Positions 15,391 to 24,576 of a stretch of 64,000 bases of DNA are shown piece by piece (position 1 is the stretch's first letter; each line of letters opens with the position of its first letter). Origin of the DNA: a virus. Its lineage: Duplodnaviria; Heunggongvirae; Uroviricota; Caudoviricetes. A program made the translations under genes and the position numbers. The notes under the pieces are model-generated. The model was not told where the DNA came from and ran no database searches. It saw nothing but the letters and a program-made list of their open reading frames with translations. Location of the stretch: the IMG/VR virus record IMGVR_UViG_2660238580_000002; one strand, 5' to 3'.

Positions 15391-15965
15391 CGCTTTATTA
15401 CCATCCTCAGTTGATGCTGCAGCGCATAGCCCAGCTCTTTCGGAAGACGTTCACGCCGTATCCGCTCAATATTTTGTTTAAACGCCGTGGTCAGCGGCAC
15501 CGCCATCGGGATTTTCACCACATCAATGGGGTAACGGTTTTTCCCGGCCACACGCTGCATGACATGCCACCGGCCATTTTTCAGTTGCTGAATAAACGCG
15601 CCGGGAATACGACGGTTACCCACCACAAGCACGCTGCCGCCACCTTTCAGGGATGAACGCTGCCCCTTTTTACGACGCCTGCGGCGCGAAAGGACAACCC
15701 GCGCATTACCCAGCTTGATTACGGGCAAATCCCCCCGGTTAACTTTGATTCTGGCCTGCGGATTTTTGACCGTGGCCCTTTTCAGCCTGGCCCTTTCCTT
15801 TACCAGTTTCCGGCGTACCTTTGTCTCACGGGCAACTTGTGACGCCGACTGCGATATCGCGGATGAAGCAACGCGGTTAATGGCCATTGCGGCGGCACCA
15901 GGCACCGCCGTTTTGCTGATACGGCTGAGGTTTTCAACGGCCTGCTCAAGACCTTTTATGGCCAT
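15387..15965 (-). CDS. Z: Tail completion protein Z
   Basis: 192-aa ORF, lambda gpZ length and order. Confidence 0.85.
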   Translation of the reverse strand: MAIKGLEQAVENLSRISKTAVPGAAAMAINRVASSAISQSASQVARETKVRRKLVKERARLKRATVKNPQARIKVNRGDLPVIKLGNARVVLSRRRRRKKGQRSSLKGGGSVLVVGNRRIPGAFIQQLKNGRWHVMQRVAGKNRYPIDVVKIPMAVPLTTAFKQNIERIRRERLPKELGYALQHQLRMVIKR

Positions 15966-15976
15966 ACATCCCCCTT

Positions 15977-16330
15977 TCAGCGGCGACGGTTAACGGCAGG
16001 CGGTACGCCCCGTCCAAGCCAGAGATGACAACTTCCGCCATCATCCGGCGAAACCCGATCTACCCAGAAATTTTCCTCACCGATGGTCAGCGTGTCTCCA
16101 CGCCGCAGCTGCCGCACCTCATCAGTCCGGACAAACAGGGACGGGCTGGAGCCTTCAACGCGCACGCCCTGTCCGGCATAGCTGATATTTTCAGGGTCAT
16201 CAAAAACACCACGTATCACCGCACCTGACTGCTCACCGGATGTCATGGTGGCTGACGTTCCCATGTACCCGCGTATCGTTTCATCGGCGCGGGCAATGGC
16301 AGCATCGAACAGGTTATCGAAATCAGCCAC
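15977..16330 (-). CDS. FII: Head-tail joining protein FII
   Basis: 117-aa ORF, lambda gpFII length and order. Confidence 0.85.
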   Translation of the reverse strand: MADFDNLFDAAIARADETIRGYMGTSATMTSGEQSGAVIRGVFDDPENISYAGQGVRVEGSSPSLFVRTDEVRQLRRGDTLTIGEENFWVDRVSPDDGGSCHLWLGRGVPPAVNRRR

Positions 16331-16341
16331 AGCGCCTCCCG

Positions 16342-16740
16342 TTATTGCATTCTGGCCAGGCCGCGCTCTGTCATTTCGGCTGCCACACCGGCAGAGACAC
16401 GAAACGCCGTTCCCGGCAGCACAAATGCCACAGGTTCATCCCGCGTGGCGTGAAGTGCATCAGTATGCAGCTTCACCAGTGCCACGACCGTGACCAGTTC
16501 AGACGTATCCAGAATCACGGTATCCGGCTGCGCTGATCCCACCTCATTTTCATGTCCGGTCAGCACATTTTCCCGGCTGAGAGGGGTGTCCTGACCGGCA
16601 GTTTCATCCGTGTCATCAAGCTCCTCTTCCAGCTCTGCCACACGGAGCGCCAGTTCTTCTTTCGTCCCCGTCAGGCTGACATCACGGTTCAGTTGTTCAC
16701 CCAGCGAGCGGAGACGGGCAATCAGTTCATCTTTCGTCAT
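16342..16740 (-). CDS. FI: DNA packaging / head assembly protein FI
   Basis: MTKDELIARLRSLGEQ... 132 aa from internal Met of the 145-aa ORF. Confidence 0.8.
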   Translation of the reverse strand: MTKDELIARLRSLGEQLNRDVSLTGTKEELALRVAELEEELDDTDETAGQDTPLSRENVLTGHENEVGSAQPDTVILDTSELVTVVALVKLHTDALHATRDEPVAFVLPGTAFRVSAGVAAEMTERGLARMQ

Positions 16741-16781
16741 GGACTCCTCCACAGAGAAACAATGGCCCCGAAGGGCCATGA

Positions 16782-17572
16782 TTACGCCAGTTGTACGGAC
16801 ACGAACGCATCAGGGTCAGCCAGCAGCATCAGCGGTGCTGACTGAATCATGGTGAACTCACGCGCCGGATCGCCGGTGGTCACCCAGTTTTTCGGGTAAC
16901 GGGCAGAGGCGTTAATGCCTTCGCGCTGTGCGTCCGCATCCTGAATGCAGCCATAGGTGCGCAGACCGCGTGCCTGAGTGTTCCCCAGCACCATCGTGTT
17001 GTCCGGCAGGAAGTTCTTTTTGACGCCGTTTTCCACGTACTGTCCGGAATACACGACGATGGCCACATCGCCATACATCCCCTTATAGGACACCGCTTTG
17101 CCCAGGTCTTTCACCGCTGTCTCCAGCTCGGAATTAGAGCCACGACGGGTATCCAGCTTCTCCTTGACGGCTTTGAAGGAACGGAACAGCGCCCAGCCTT
17201 TCGGATCGAACACGATGATATTCACCACACCGCTGGCGTTCAGCGCGTAGGCTTCGATATCGTCGGTCGGGTCATACGTGGACTTGTCACGCTTGCTCCA
17301 CTCCGTGCCGCCGGACTGCGTGATGTTATTCTCCTCACTGCGGCCCATATCCACCTCAACCGGATCGAAGGCTTCACCGGTCATGGTGTATTTGCCCTTA
17401 AGCACGGCAGAAACTGCCTGCATCTCTTCGACCTGAGCAATGGCCAGCTCTTCGTCACGCATGTTCTGCATGATGATGCGACGGCGGCGGTAAGCCGGGT
17501 CCGCCAGATTCTGCGGATCTTCATCCGGCAGGCGACGCAGGGTCATCTGCGGATTCACTTCATGCTTCGGCT
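16782..17572 (-). pseudogene. E: Major capsid protein E, 3' fragment (from ...PKHEVNPQ to C-terminus), cut off from its 5' part by the satellite
   Basis: Reading frame continues lambda gpE from codon ~80 onward; no start codon or N-terminus here. Confidence 0.9.
17563..17572. repeat. Left junction direct repeat TGCTTCGGCT (att core within gene E)
   Basis: Identical 10-mer at 30000-30009; E-derived sequence stops being contiguous after it. Confidence 0.8.
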
Positions 17573-17706
17573 ACATGAGTCAAATATGAAAGGATGTGAA
17601 TGATTTGATTACGTTTTAGCTATAGAATTGAAATGGAAAATCCTTGAATGCAATACAACGTGCAATACATGGATGAAAACCATCACTCATTTAACAAGAG
17701 GAATCT

Positions 17707-18612
17707 ATGCGCTCACCCAACAGAATGCATGAACGCTCAACATTTTATAAGTATATGTCGTTGAATACCGCGAAGATTGTTCTTGATTCATGCAGCCTTA
17801 GATGGAGTTCTCCGGTCCTATTTAATGACCCTTTTGATGTTCCAAGAGAAGTTATGCCTGGTATTAACGAAATTAATATTGGCAAAGCTTTAGCCCGCAA
17901 GTTAATAGCGGAGTTGATTACCCCCAGAGAAGACATACAAAATTTAAACCCTAGAATTAGAACAATGCTAAGTGATTTCCAAAAGTCATTTCCTTTAGGC
18001 ATACCCGCAGGATTAATTGAAAGATTTCAAGAAATGGTAAACATTCCACCAGTTGGGATTGGCGCTCCTGCGGCAATACAAGAAATGAAAGATGTCTGGC
18101 GAGGAATGCTTAATAACAGAAGGATTTTGTGTTTATCTGAGAGCCCTATAATCACTCCTATGTGGAATCACTATGCCGATAAATATAAAGGTATAGTTAT
18201 CGAATTTGATTGTGTAGACTTTCTGGATAGCGCTTGGTTAATAGCCAAACCTATGAAATACACAGATAAAATGCCTCTAACTCACACTGCTGAAGGGATG
18301 GCCGAGTTGCTTTTCATGCCAGACAATAAGTCAATTGAATATATCAATAATGAGATAATATTCATAAAAACAGAAGAATGGGCATATGAAAGAGAGTGGA
18401 GAATTTCAACCTACGCTAGGCCAAATAGCACTGGTCAATATAGCGACTTAAAATTTCACCCTTTTGAGTTAAAATCTGTAATACTTGGTCCTCTTTTTGA
18501 TGCCAGCGAGTTCGATGAAGTCGCATCACTAGTTAAGATGTATCCAAGAGCGAAATTATTTAAAAGTTCATTTGGGAACGACAGAAAAATATCCATAGTA
18601 CCACTACCTTAA
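17707..18612 (+). CDS. DUF2971-like protein (uncharacterised satellite cargo)
   Basis: 301-aa ORF with motifs FYKYMS...LFNDPFD, YKGIVIEFD, EEWAYEREWR recalled as DUF2971 hallmarks; only plus-strand gene at this satellite end. Confidence 0.5.
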   Translation: MRSPNRMHERSTFYKYMSLNTAKIVLDSCSLRWSSPVLFNDPFDVPREVMPGINEINIGKALARKLIAELITPREDIQNLNPRIRTMLSDFQKSFPLGIPAGLIERFQEMVNIPPVGIGAPAAIQEMKDVWRGMLNNRRILCLSESPIITPMWNHYADKYKGIVIEFDCVDFLDSAWLIAKPMKYTDKMPLTHTAEGMAELLFMPDNKSIEYINNEIIFIKTEEWAYEREWRISTYARPNSTGQYSDLKFHPFELKSVILGPLFDASEFDEVASLVKMYPRAKLFKSSFGNDRKISIVPLP

Positions 18613-18718
18613 AAGGTCAAATGCTTTTGACAAATAAAATCTATCGCCAGTTTTACTGGCGACTTTTAAGCAACAAAGAACCACCTAAGCACTCTTCCTA
18701 CCTATGGTTTCATTTGTT

Positions 18719-19270
18719 TTAACTTCGCTGATTATCCTTGATATACCTTTCAGCCATATCTGGAATGTTATCTGAGATCTGGTAAGCTCGAATAAATGCT
18801 TTACTGACCTCCATCTTAATGAAGTCCTGATACCGTTTTTCCATGCCAGGAAACTGTCGACAGATCGCAAGTGGAAGACTATCAATGATTGCTCCAACTT
18901 CCCCAGTTAATTTCGACAAGGCATAAGTCGCAAATGCAGTGTCAATTACCTCACCTGTTTCGCTGGCATTCTTCAGTTCCTGTGCGTCGGCCTGCGCACG
19001 CGTAAGTCGATGGCGTTCGTACTCAATAGTCCCTGGCTGGAGATCTGCCTCGCTGGCCTGGCGCAGTTCTTCAACCTCCCGGCGCAGCTTTTCGTTCTCA
19101 ATTTCAGCATCCCTTTCGGCATACCATTTTATGACGGCGGCAGAGTCATAAAGCACCTCATTACCCTTGTCACCGCCTCGCAGAACGGGCATTCCCTGCT
19201 CCTGCTAGTTCTGAATGGTACGGATACTCGCACCGAAAATGTCAGCCAGCTGCTTTTTGTTGGCTTCCAT
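18719..19270 (-). pseudogene. Terminase small subunit Nu1 homologue with in-frame amber codon at codon 22
   Basis: ATG at 19270 reads MEANKKQLADIFGASIRTIQN then TAG (19205-19207) where helper Nu1 has TGG; ORF resumes at Met28. Confidence 0.8.
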
Positions 19271-19515
19271 TGTTCATTCCACGGACAAAACCAGAGAAAG
19301 GAAACGACAGAGGCCAAAAAGCCTGTTTTTAGCACCTGTCGTTTCCTTTCTTTTTAGGGGATGTTTTTAATAAAAACATTAAGTTACGGCGAAGAAGAAC
19401 GGAAACGCCTTAAACAGGAAAATTTTCACAAATAGCGAAAACCCGCGCGCCTGACGCCCCGTAGCCTGTCAGATCGCCGGAAAGGACCCGCCAGCCAGAG
19501 CGGGCCCTAATTTCA
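19271..19515 (-). promoter_or_regulatory. Satellite cos region (cosB-like conserved, cosN-equivalent divergent)
   Basis: Closely similar by eye to helper cos at 36190-36420, but the 12-mer at 19447-19458 differs from helper cosN at several positions. Confidence 0.6.
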
Positions 19516-19899
19516 TCAACCAATCAGCTTATAGCGACCATCCCGTGCATTGCGGCGTACACGCTCAATCTTGAGGCATAGCGCCGCATCTGGCTTTTTT
19601 GGGACAGGTACGCGGCAATATTCAGAAGCGCGAGGAATATTATTTATCCAGTCGATCACTTCACTTAAATACCAGGCCTTACGCCCTTCCGTAACCTGCA
19701 CACGCTCCGGGAACTCTCCACTAGCCTCAAGGTTTAGCAGTGTACGCCGACTCAGGGTTGTAATTTCCATCACCTGATTCATATCAACAAGGCGCTCGCT
19801 TAAACACATTTTGTCAGCGATAGCTTTTAATTCCTCTACAGCTGGATTCGGGTACATCATTTCGGCAATTGGCTTAAGGTCATTGTAATCATTCTGCAT
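19516..19899 (-). CDS. AlpA/excisionase-like HTH protein
   Basis: 127-aa ORF; C-terminal segment resembles AlpA-family HTH; lies next to satellite cos. Confidence 0.45.
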   Translation of the reverse strand: MQNDYNDLKPIAEMMYPNPAVEELKAIADKMCLSERLVDMNQVMEITTLSRRTLLNLEASGEFPERVQVTEGRKAWYLSEVIDWINNIPRASEYCRVPVPKKPDAALCLKIERVRRNARDGRYKLIG

Positions 19900-19910
19900 T
19901 GTATCCCCCT

Positions 19911-20252
19911 TTACACACGAGCCAGCGGCTGAACAGAAATACCTGAGCCAACAAACGCTGCAATCTTTACTGACAGTTCTTTTACAGACTCAGGCCAGTT
20001 CAGAGCATCAACATTTAAGACACCTGTCTTATAGACCTGAGCCCGTGTTTTTTTCGCGGTGTCGATTTGTACAGCGGAAACATAAACCGCTTTACCTACG
20101 CTCGAACCATCCCATACCACCAGTGCACCTGTTGCATCTTCCTGCATCAGTGGCGTAAATGCAGGAATTACCCCTTTATTAGCTGAAAATATCCCCAGCG
20201 TAGTCACCAGTGCTTCAGTGCCAGCCATGAGTTCAGTGTAATGAGTAGCCAT
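19911..20252 (-). CDS. Head decoration protein, gpD-like (satellite-encoded)
   Basis: 113 aa; aligns by eye with lambda gpD (PLM...WDG... core). Confidence 0.65.
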   Translation of the reverse strand: MATHYTELMAGTEALVTTLGIFSANKGVIPAFTPLMQEDATGALVVWDGSSVGKAVYVSAVQIDTAKKTRAQVYKTGVLNVDALNWPESVKELSVKIAAFVGSGISVQPLARV

Positions 20253-20261
20253 TGCTCCCCC

Positions 20262-21302
20262 TTAGCCAATGCGAACGGTAACAAAACGATTGATGCGGGC
20301 CGGTATTGGCTGTGGTGCTGAATGTGTCTGCACATATTCAATAGCCGGATCACCAGGTACAATATAGTTTTTCGGTGCAAGTTCGGCTTTAGTCAGCCCC
20401 ATTCGGATTAGCTCCGGATCCTGAATACCGCCATAGGCGACAATCCCCTGAAGAGCCGTATTGCCAAGCACCATCAAATCAGGATCAAGGAAATGTTTTT
20501 CTGTTCCGTCCTCGTCGGTATAACGCCCGCTGTAAACAACAATCGCAACATCGCCCATATACCCTTTAAAACTCACCGAATCACCAAGGTCTTTAAGGGC
20601 CGTTTCCAGTTCGGAATTAGAACCACGACGGGTATCCAAAGCCTCTTTTATCGCTCTGAATGAACGGTATTTCTTCCATACATTACCACCCATAATGATG
20701 ATATTAGTGACGCCCTCACTAAATTCTGCGTAGCTCTCAATATCATCATTTGGATCAAAAGTTTCTTTATCCTTACTTGACCACTCAGTACCGCCAGACT
20801 GAGTGATGATATTTTGTGGTTTTATATTCCAGTCCAGCTCATAACGTTCAATACCATCGCCCTCAATGATATTTTTCCCCGTTGTGATTGCCTGAACAGC
20901 AAGCCATTCAATACGTGCACGAATAGCTTTAGCTTGATTTACAATCGCCTGTTTAACTTTAATATTACGCGCCCCAAAAGCATTGTATTGCTCAGGTGAT
21001 ACACCAGCAGGGCGCACAGCTAACTTATTTGGATCAATGCTGCTTTTCGGCTTCATATAGCCTGGACGAATTGTTTTTGATTCGTACCCTTCGTCACGTG
21101 AAACTTTACTACCCACCATAGGAGAACAAAACGCTGCAATTGGGATATTTGGATCGTCGATTGTATCAAGAATAATATCGCGCGATTCAAACATTACCGA
21201 GCGAGTAAAAAACAAACTGGTAAACAACGCATTTAGTTGTTTTTGTACATCTACAGCATTAACCACCTGTACAAGCTGGGTAGGCGAATATAAATCAACC
21301 AT
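20262..21302 (-). CDS. Major capsid protein, gpE-like (satellite-encoded, divergent)
   Basis: ~347 aa from Met with AGAGGA RBS; C-terminal half close to lambda gpE (ITQSGGTEWS...DTRRGSNSELETA...), N-terminal half divergent. Confidence 0.75.
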   Translation of the reverse strand: MVDLYSPTQLVQVVNAVDVQKQLNALFTSLFFTRSVMFESRDIILDTIDDPNIPIAAFCSPMVGSKVSRDEGYESKTIRPGYMKPKSSIDPNKLAVRPAGVSPEQYNAFGARNIKVKQAIVNQAKAIRARIEWLAVQAITTGKNIIEGDGIERYELDWNIKPQNIITQSGGTEWSSKDKETFDPNDDIESYAEFSEGVTNIIIMGGNVWKKYRSFRAIKEALDTRRGSNSELETALKDLGDSVSFKGYMGDVAIVVYSGRYTDEDGTEKHFLDPDLMVLGNTALQGIVAYGGIQDPELIRMGLTKAELAPKNYIVPGDPAIEYVQTHSAPQPIPARINRFVTVRIG

Positions 21303-21587
21303 ACACATCCTCTTTGCATTCATTAAAAATAATTGTGGATATATGCTATCACCAATATTTGTCATGCGAATACATGCAACCGAGTGCAATGTTGTATAAA
21401 GTTTTGGGATGACAACTTCAGCGCGGATAATTAGTGTTAATATATTCACTCCCTTTGGTCGGGATTTATGTAGCATGCCGGAAAATTTATTTTTTCCGGC
21501 CTTTTTTATTGGCAATATTTAAAACGGAATATCATCTCCCCATTGCTCATTATCTCCCACTGGTGGATGGCTTCCTTGCTGATCTGC

Positions 21588-21968
21588 CTATTGTTTTGCT
21601 CTGTTCAGTGCGTCAGTAGCCTGACCCTGTTGACCTTTTTTGCCGCCCGGTCGCACCGTTCGCGCACTGATTACGCTGTCTGCGATAACCTGCCAGCCCT
21701 GCCGCGTTTCACCGTTCTGTCCAGTCCACTGGCTCACCTGCATGTTACCCGCCACGCTCAGGAGTTCGCCTTTGTGATGCTTTGCCAGCGCATCGGCTTG
21801 TCTGCCAAACGCCAGCACAGATAACCACATCGTCGCCGTTCCGTCATCTGCCTGGCTGCATGGCAAAGATACCGCCATCCGTGCCAGTGTCATGGGTGTT
21901 CCCTTGCTGGTATGTTTTACCTGTGGGTCGTCCACCAGCCGCCCGTAAGCTGCTATTTGCGCCGTCAT
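21588..21968 (-). CDS. SSB-like OB-fold protein
   Basis: 126-aa ORF with SSB-like pattern (W..VLAFGRQA..L.KG..L.V.G); weak. Confidence 0.4.
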   Translation of the reverse strand: MTAQIAAYGRLVDDPQVKHTSKGTPMTLARMAVSLPCSQADDGTATMWLSVLAFGRQADALAKHHKGELLSVAGNMQVSQWTGQNGETRQGWQVIADSVISARTVRPGGKKGQQGQATDALNRAKQ

Positions 21969-21979
21969 GCTGCCTGCTC

Positions 21980-22222
21980 TCAGGACTTAATATTGATGGT
22001 TGTCACTTCCTCCGCTTCGGCAATCTCCCGTTCGGTCAGCGTGGCAAAGTTTGCAGCCGCCGTTGTCATGAATGCGCTTATCAGTTCGGGATGTGCTTTC
22101 GCGTATCCTTCCCCGGCGTTGCGGTCTATTGCCTTAATCGCCACCCTTAGCCAGTGTTCAGCCATATCAAGGGCGCGGTAATGTGGCTTTATATGTTTGT
22201 TCAGTTTTCCTGATGTGTGCAT
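21980..22222 (-). CDS. Hypothetical protein
   Basis: 80-aa ORF between ori and SSB-like gene. Confidence 0.4.
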   Translation of the reverse strand: MHTSGKLNKHIKPHYRALDMAEHWLRVAIKAIDRNAGEGYAKAHPELISAFMTTAAANFATLTEREIAEAEEVTTINIKS

Positions 22223-22259
22223 TTTTATTTTTACCCCCTCGTTTAAAAAGTTTTTTGTG

Positions 22260-22500
22260 CACCACCACCTTGTCTACCTTGTCTACCTGATTAGTTATCA
22301 GGCCAGTAATGGCGCGGGTTTCAGAGAGGTAGACAGCCCCAAATAGCTGTCTACCTCATCTCTACCCGTCTCCTTACCTGTCTACAAAAATGGGTAGATA
22401 AGGTAGATAACAGGTAGACAGTGAAAAATAGTTATCTACCTGCATTAATACATTGAAATAAAAGTATTTTATTTCAGTCAGGTAGACAAGGTAGATAACC
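22260..22500. repeat. Satellite replication origin: ~12 iterons (GGTAGA[C/T]A core, both orientations) around an AT-rich tract
   Basis: Repeated gtctacc/ggtagac motifs directly upstream of pri-rep. Confidence 0.8.
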
Positions 22501-22511
22501 ATTGCCATTTT

Positions 22512-24263
22512 TTATAAAAACGCATCGCAATCATCAGTAGTCGTTGCGTTGGTCTGAGTGACTCCCTTAACTTTTCGCGTAATATATTCATATCCGTAAA
22601 CTTTCGCCGCTGACCTCATAGCCTTTCCGAACTCATTCACGCTCAAACATTTCCCCTTTCCTGTATATGCCATGAAGGCCATATAGACACGGTAAAGGCT
22701 GTTTCTGGTCGTGTACTTCACGGTGTCACCACCACCGCCCATCATTAGCCCACGAGCTTCCTCCAGAAACTCCAGCGCCGCGCAAAGCTCAACAACCGGA
22801 TCCGTTTGCTGCTTTATTGCCAGAGCTTCATCACCGTCACGCTGTTCCAGTAATAAAGCCCGTGCCTTTTCAGGGTCAGCAAAATTAGCCAGCAAGCGGC
22901 GGATAATTACGGGGATTTCTGCCGCTATCTTTTCCGGTAATTCCTTGTCTTTTTCGTCCTCCCTTACAATGTTGTCGAACCGGAAAATCACCCGACGGCG
23001 TGACACACCTCCGGCCCGTTCGGTAAAGATCATCGGGTCGTTATTGGTTGCCAGTACCACCGCCCTTATTATCGTCGTGAATCGCTTCTCATATTTCGGG
23101 TTAATTTCAACGGGATCGCCTCCCGTGATTTTCTTGATGCCCGTGCCTTCCCCCGTATATTTCGGCTGATCGGCAAGGACGATAAGACGACTCCCGACAA
23201 CCTGCGCGCGCCCTCCTGCATCATCGAGTGATGTCATCTCTGCGCTTACGGTGTTCTGTTTGCCAGCAAGCAGGGTGGCAATATGAGTAAATGTGCTCTT
23301 TCCGCTTCCCCCGTCTCCGGTGGCCTCAATGAACATCTGCCAGTCGTAGCGGTTCGCCATAATCATGTATAACGCGGCACATATACGCATCATCTTGCGC
23401 GGGTCTTTTCCTGCAGCATGTTCAAGCCATTTATGGAAATTTGGCGCATTATCGCGGATGTTTTCCCCTGCTACTGGTGGCGTGTACTCAATACCATTGT
23501 GCGTGGTGCTCCAGTGCTCCGGCGAGTGCGGAGAAAATTCCCCCGTTTTCAGATTAAGCACACCATTAGTGAACGGTAGCAAATCACCGGACGGCTCCCC
23601 CATGGGGGCGGCAATAACTTTTAACGCTTCCACGGCGTTATTGATTACGCGCTTGCTGAACGTGGCCCTGTGCTCTGAATAGATCGCCACCATTTCGCGG
23701 CTCAGCTCCATTGTGCTGACCGGACACCATACCCCGCCGCGCCATACGTGGACGATTTCACTTTCTGCATGAACACAAACACCATCAAAGCGATCGGCAA
23801 GTAGTTGTGCCCGCTCACTGTCTGCCATCTGTGAAAGTTGCGCCTTTTGCTTCGTCGGAAGATTAAGCACCAGGCTTTCCCCACGCTCGCATTCCTCTTT
23901 GAGTCGCGGCAACTGGTCGGATAAATCCACTGGGCTGGTGTCAGTAATCCCCGCGTATTCGTGTACGGTCTTCACTCCAGCCACAGCCAGTAACGTAACA
24001 ATCTGCGTCATGCTGTGCTCTGTGATATGTCCTGCGCGGTAAACACGCACACACTGACGATCTTCATCAATGATCCGGTAATCGGTGATGTTTTTCAGTT
24101 GCTCATCAGCCAACACGACAGGCGGCACATCGTCGGCGGCAATATGTTTACCCGCCCATTCCTGCCACTCTTTCGCATGGCTCCACGCATCACTACCTGC
24201 AAAGATGATTACCTCTGTCAGTCTGTCGCGTGGCTGTTTTTTTAAGTTCGGTGCCAGTTTCAT
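22512..24263 (-). CDS. Primase/helicase replication protein (Pri-Rep, P4-primase family)
   Basis: 583-aa ORF with P-loop GDGGSGKST and helicase-like C-terminus; adjacent iteron ori. Confidence 0.8.
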   Translation of the reverse strand: MKLAPNLKKQPRDRLTEVIIFAGSDAWSHAKEWQEWAGKHIAADDVPPVVLADEQLKNITDYRIIDEDRQCVRVYRAGHITEHSMTQIVTLLAVAGVKTVHEYAGITDTSPVDLSDQLPRLKEECERGESLVLNLPTKQKAQLSQMADSERAQLLADRFDGVCVHAESEIVHVWRGGVWCPVSTMELSREMVAIYSEHRATFSKRVINNAVEALKVIAAPMGEPSGDLLPFTNGVLNLKTGEFSPHSPEHWSTTHNGIEYTPPVAGENIRDNAPNFHKWLEHAAGKDPRKMMRICAALYMIMANRYDWQMFIEATGDGGSGKSTFTHIATLLAGKQNTVSAEMTSLDDAGGRAQVVGSRLIVLADQPKYTGEGTGIKKITGGDPVEINPKYEKRFTTIIRAVVLATNNDPMIFTERAGGVSRRRVIFRFDNIVREDEKDKELPEKIAAEIPVIIRRLLANFADPEKARALLLEQRDGDEALAIKQQTDPVVELCAALEFLEEARGLMMGGGGDTVKYTTRNSLYRVYMAFMAYTGKGKCLSVNEFGKAMRSAAKVYGYEYITRKVKGVTQTNATTTDDCDAFL

Positions 24264-24559
24264 TTTTTGCCCCTGAATGCGTTAATCATGCTTTTCATTT
24301 TCTGGATGTTTCCCCGCGCTTTTTCCCTGCTGATGGGCTTACTGCGGGGTGCGGCATATACCAGGGAAAAATCACGCCGGAACTGATAAACAGGCATCAC
24401 GCAGTCATAGCTATACCCCTCACGACGGTAAGTGATGCGCCGTTCTGCCACGCCTTTAATCGTTACCGTGCCGCCGTATTTATCGCGGTAAATATCGCCG
24501 TTCATAAATTCAGGCCGAGCGGGGCCGCTGGCAATAAAGCCAGAATTTTTCATTTCCAT
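24260..24559 (-). CDS. Hypothetical satellite protein
   Basis: 99-aa ORF, stop overlaps pri-rep start. Confidence 0.5.
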   Translation of the reverse strand: MEMKNSGFIASGPARPEFMNGDIYRDKYGGTVTIKGVAERRITYRREGYSYDCVMPVYQFRRDFSLVYAAPRSKPISREKARGNIQKMKSMINAFRGKK

Positions 24560-24576
24560 ATTATTTATTCCTCGAC

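Noticed and set aside
16782-17558. Reading the 258-aa ORF as a complete capsid gene
   Set aside because: It is only the 3' part of E (starts at an internal GTG/Val in EVNPQ); the 5' part is 12.4 kb away at 29969-30244.
22260-22500. Short repeats (gtctacc) that could be mistaken for a CRISPR array
   Set aside because: 7-8 bp repeats in both orientations with irregular spacing beside a primase gene are replication iterons, not 28-37 bp CRISPR repeats with spacers.
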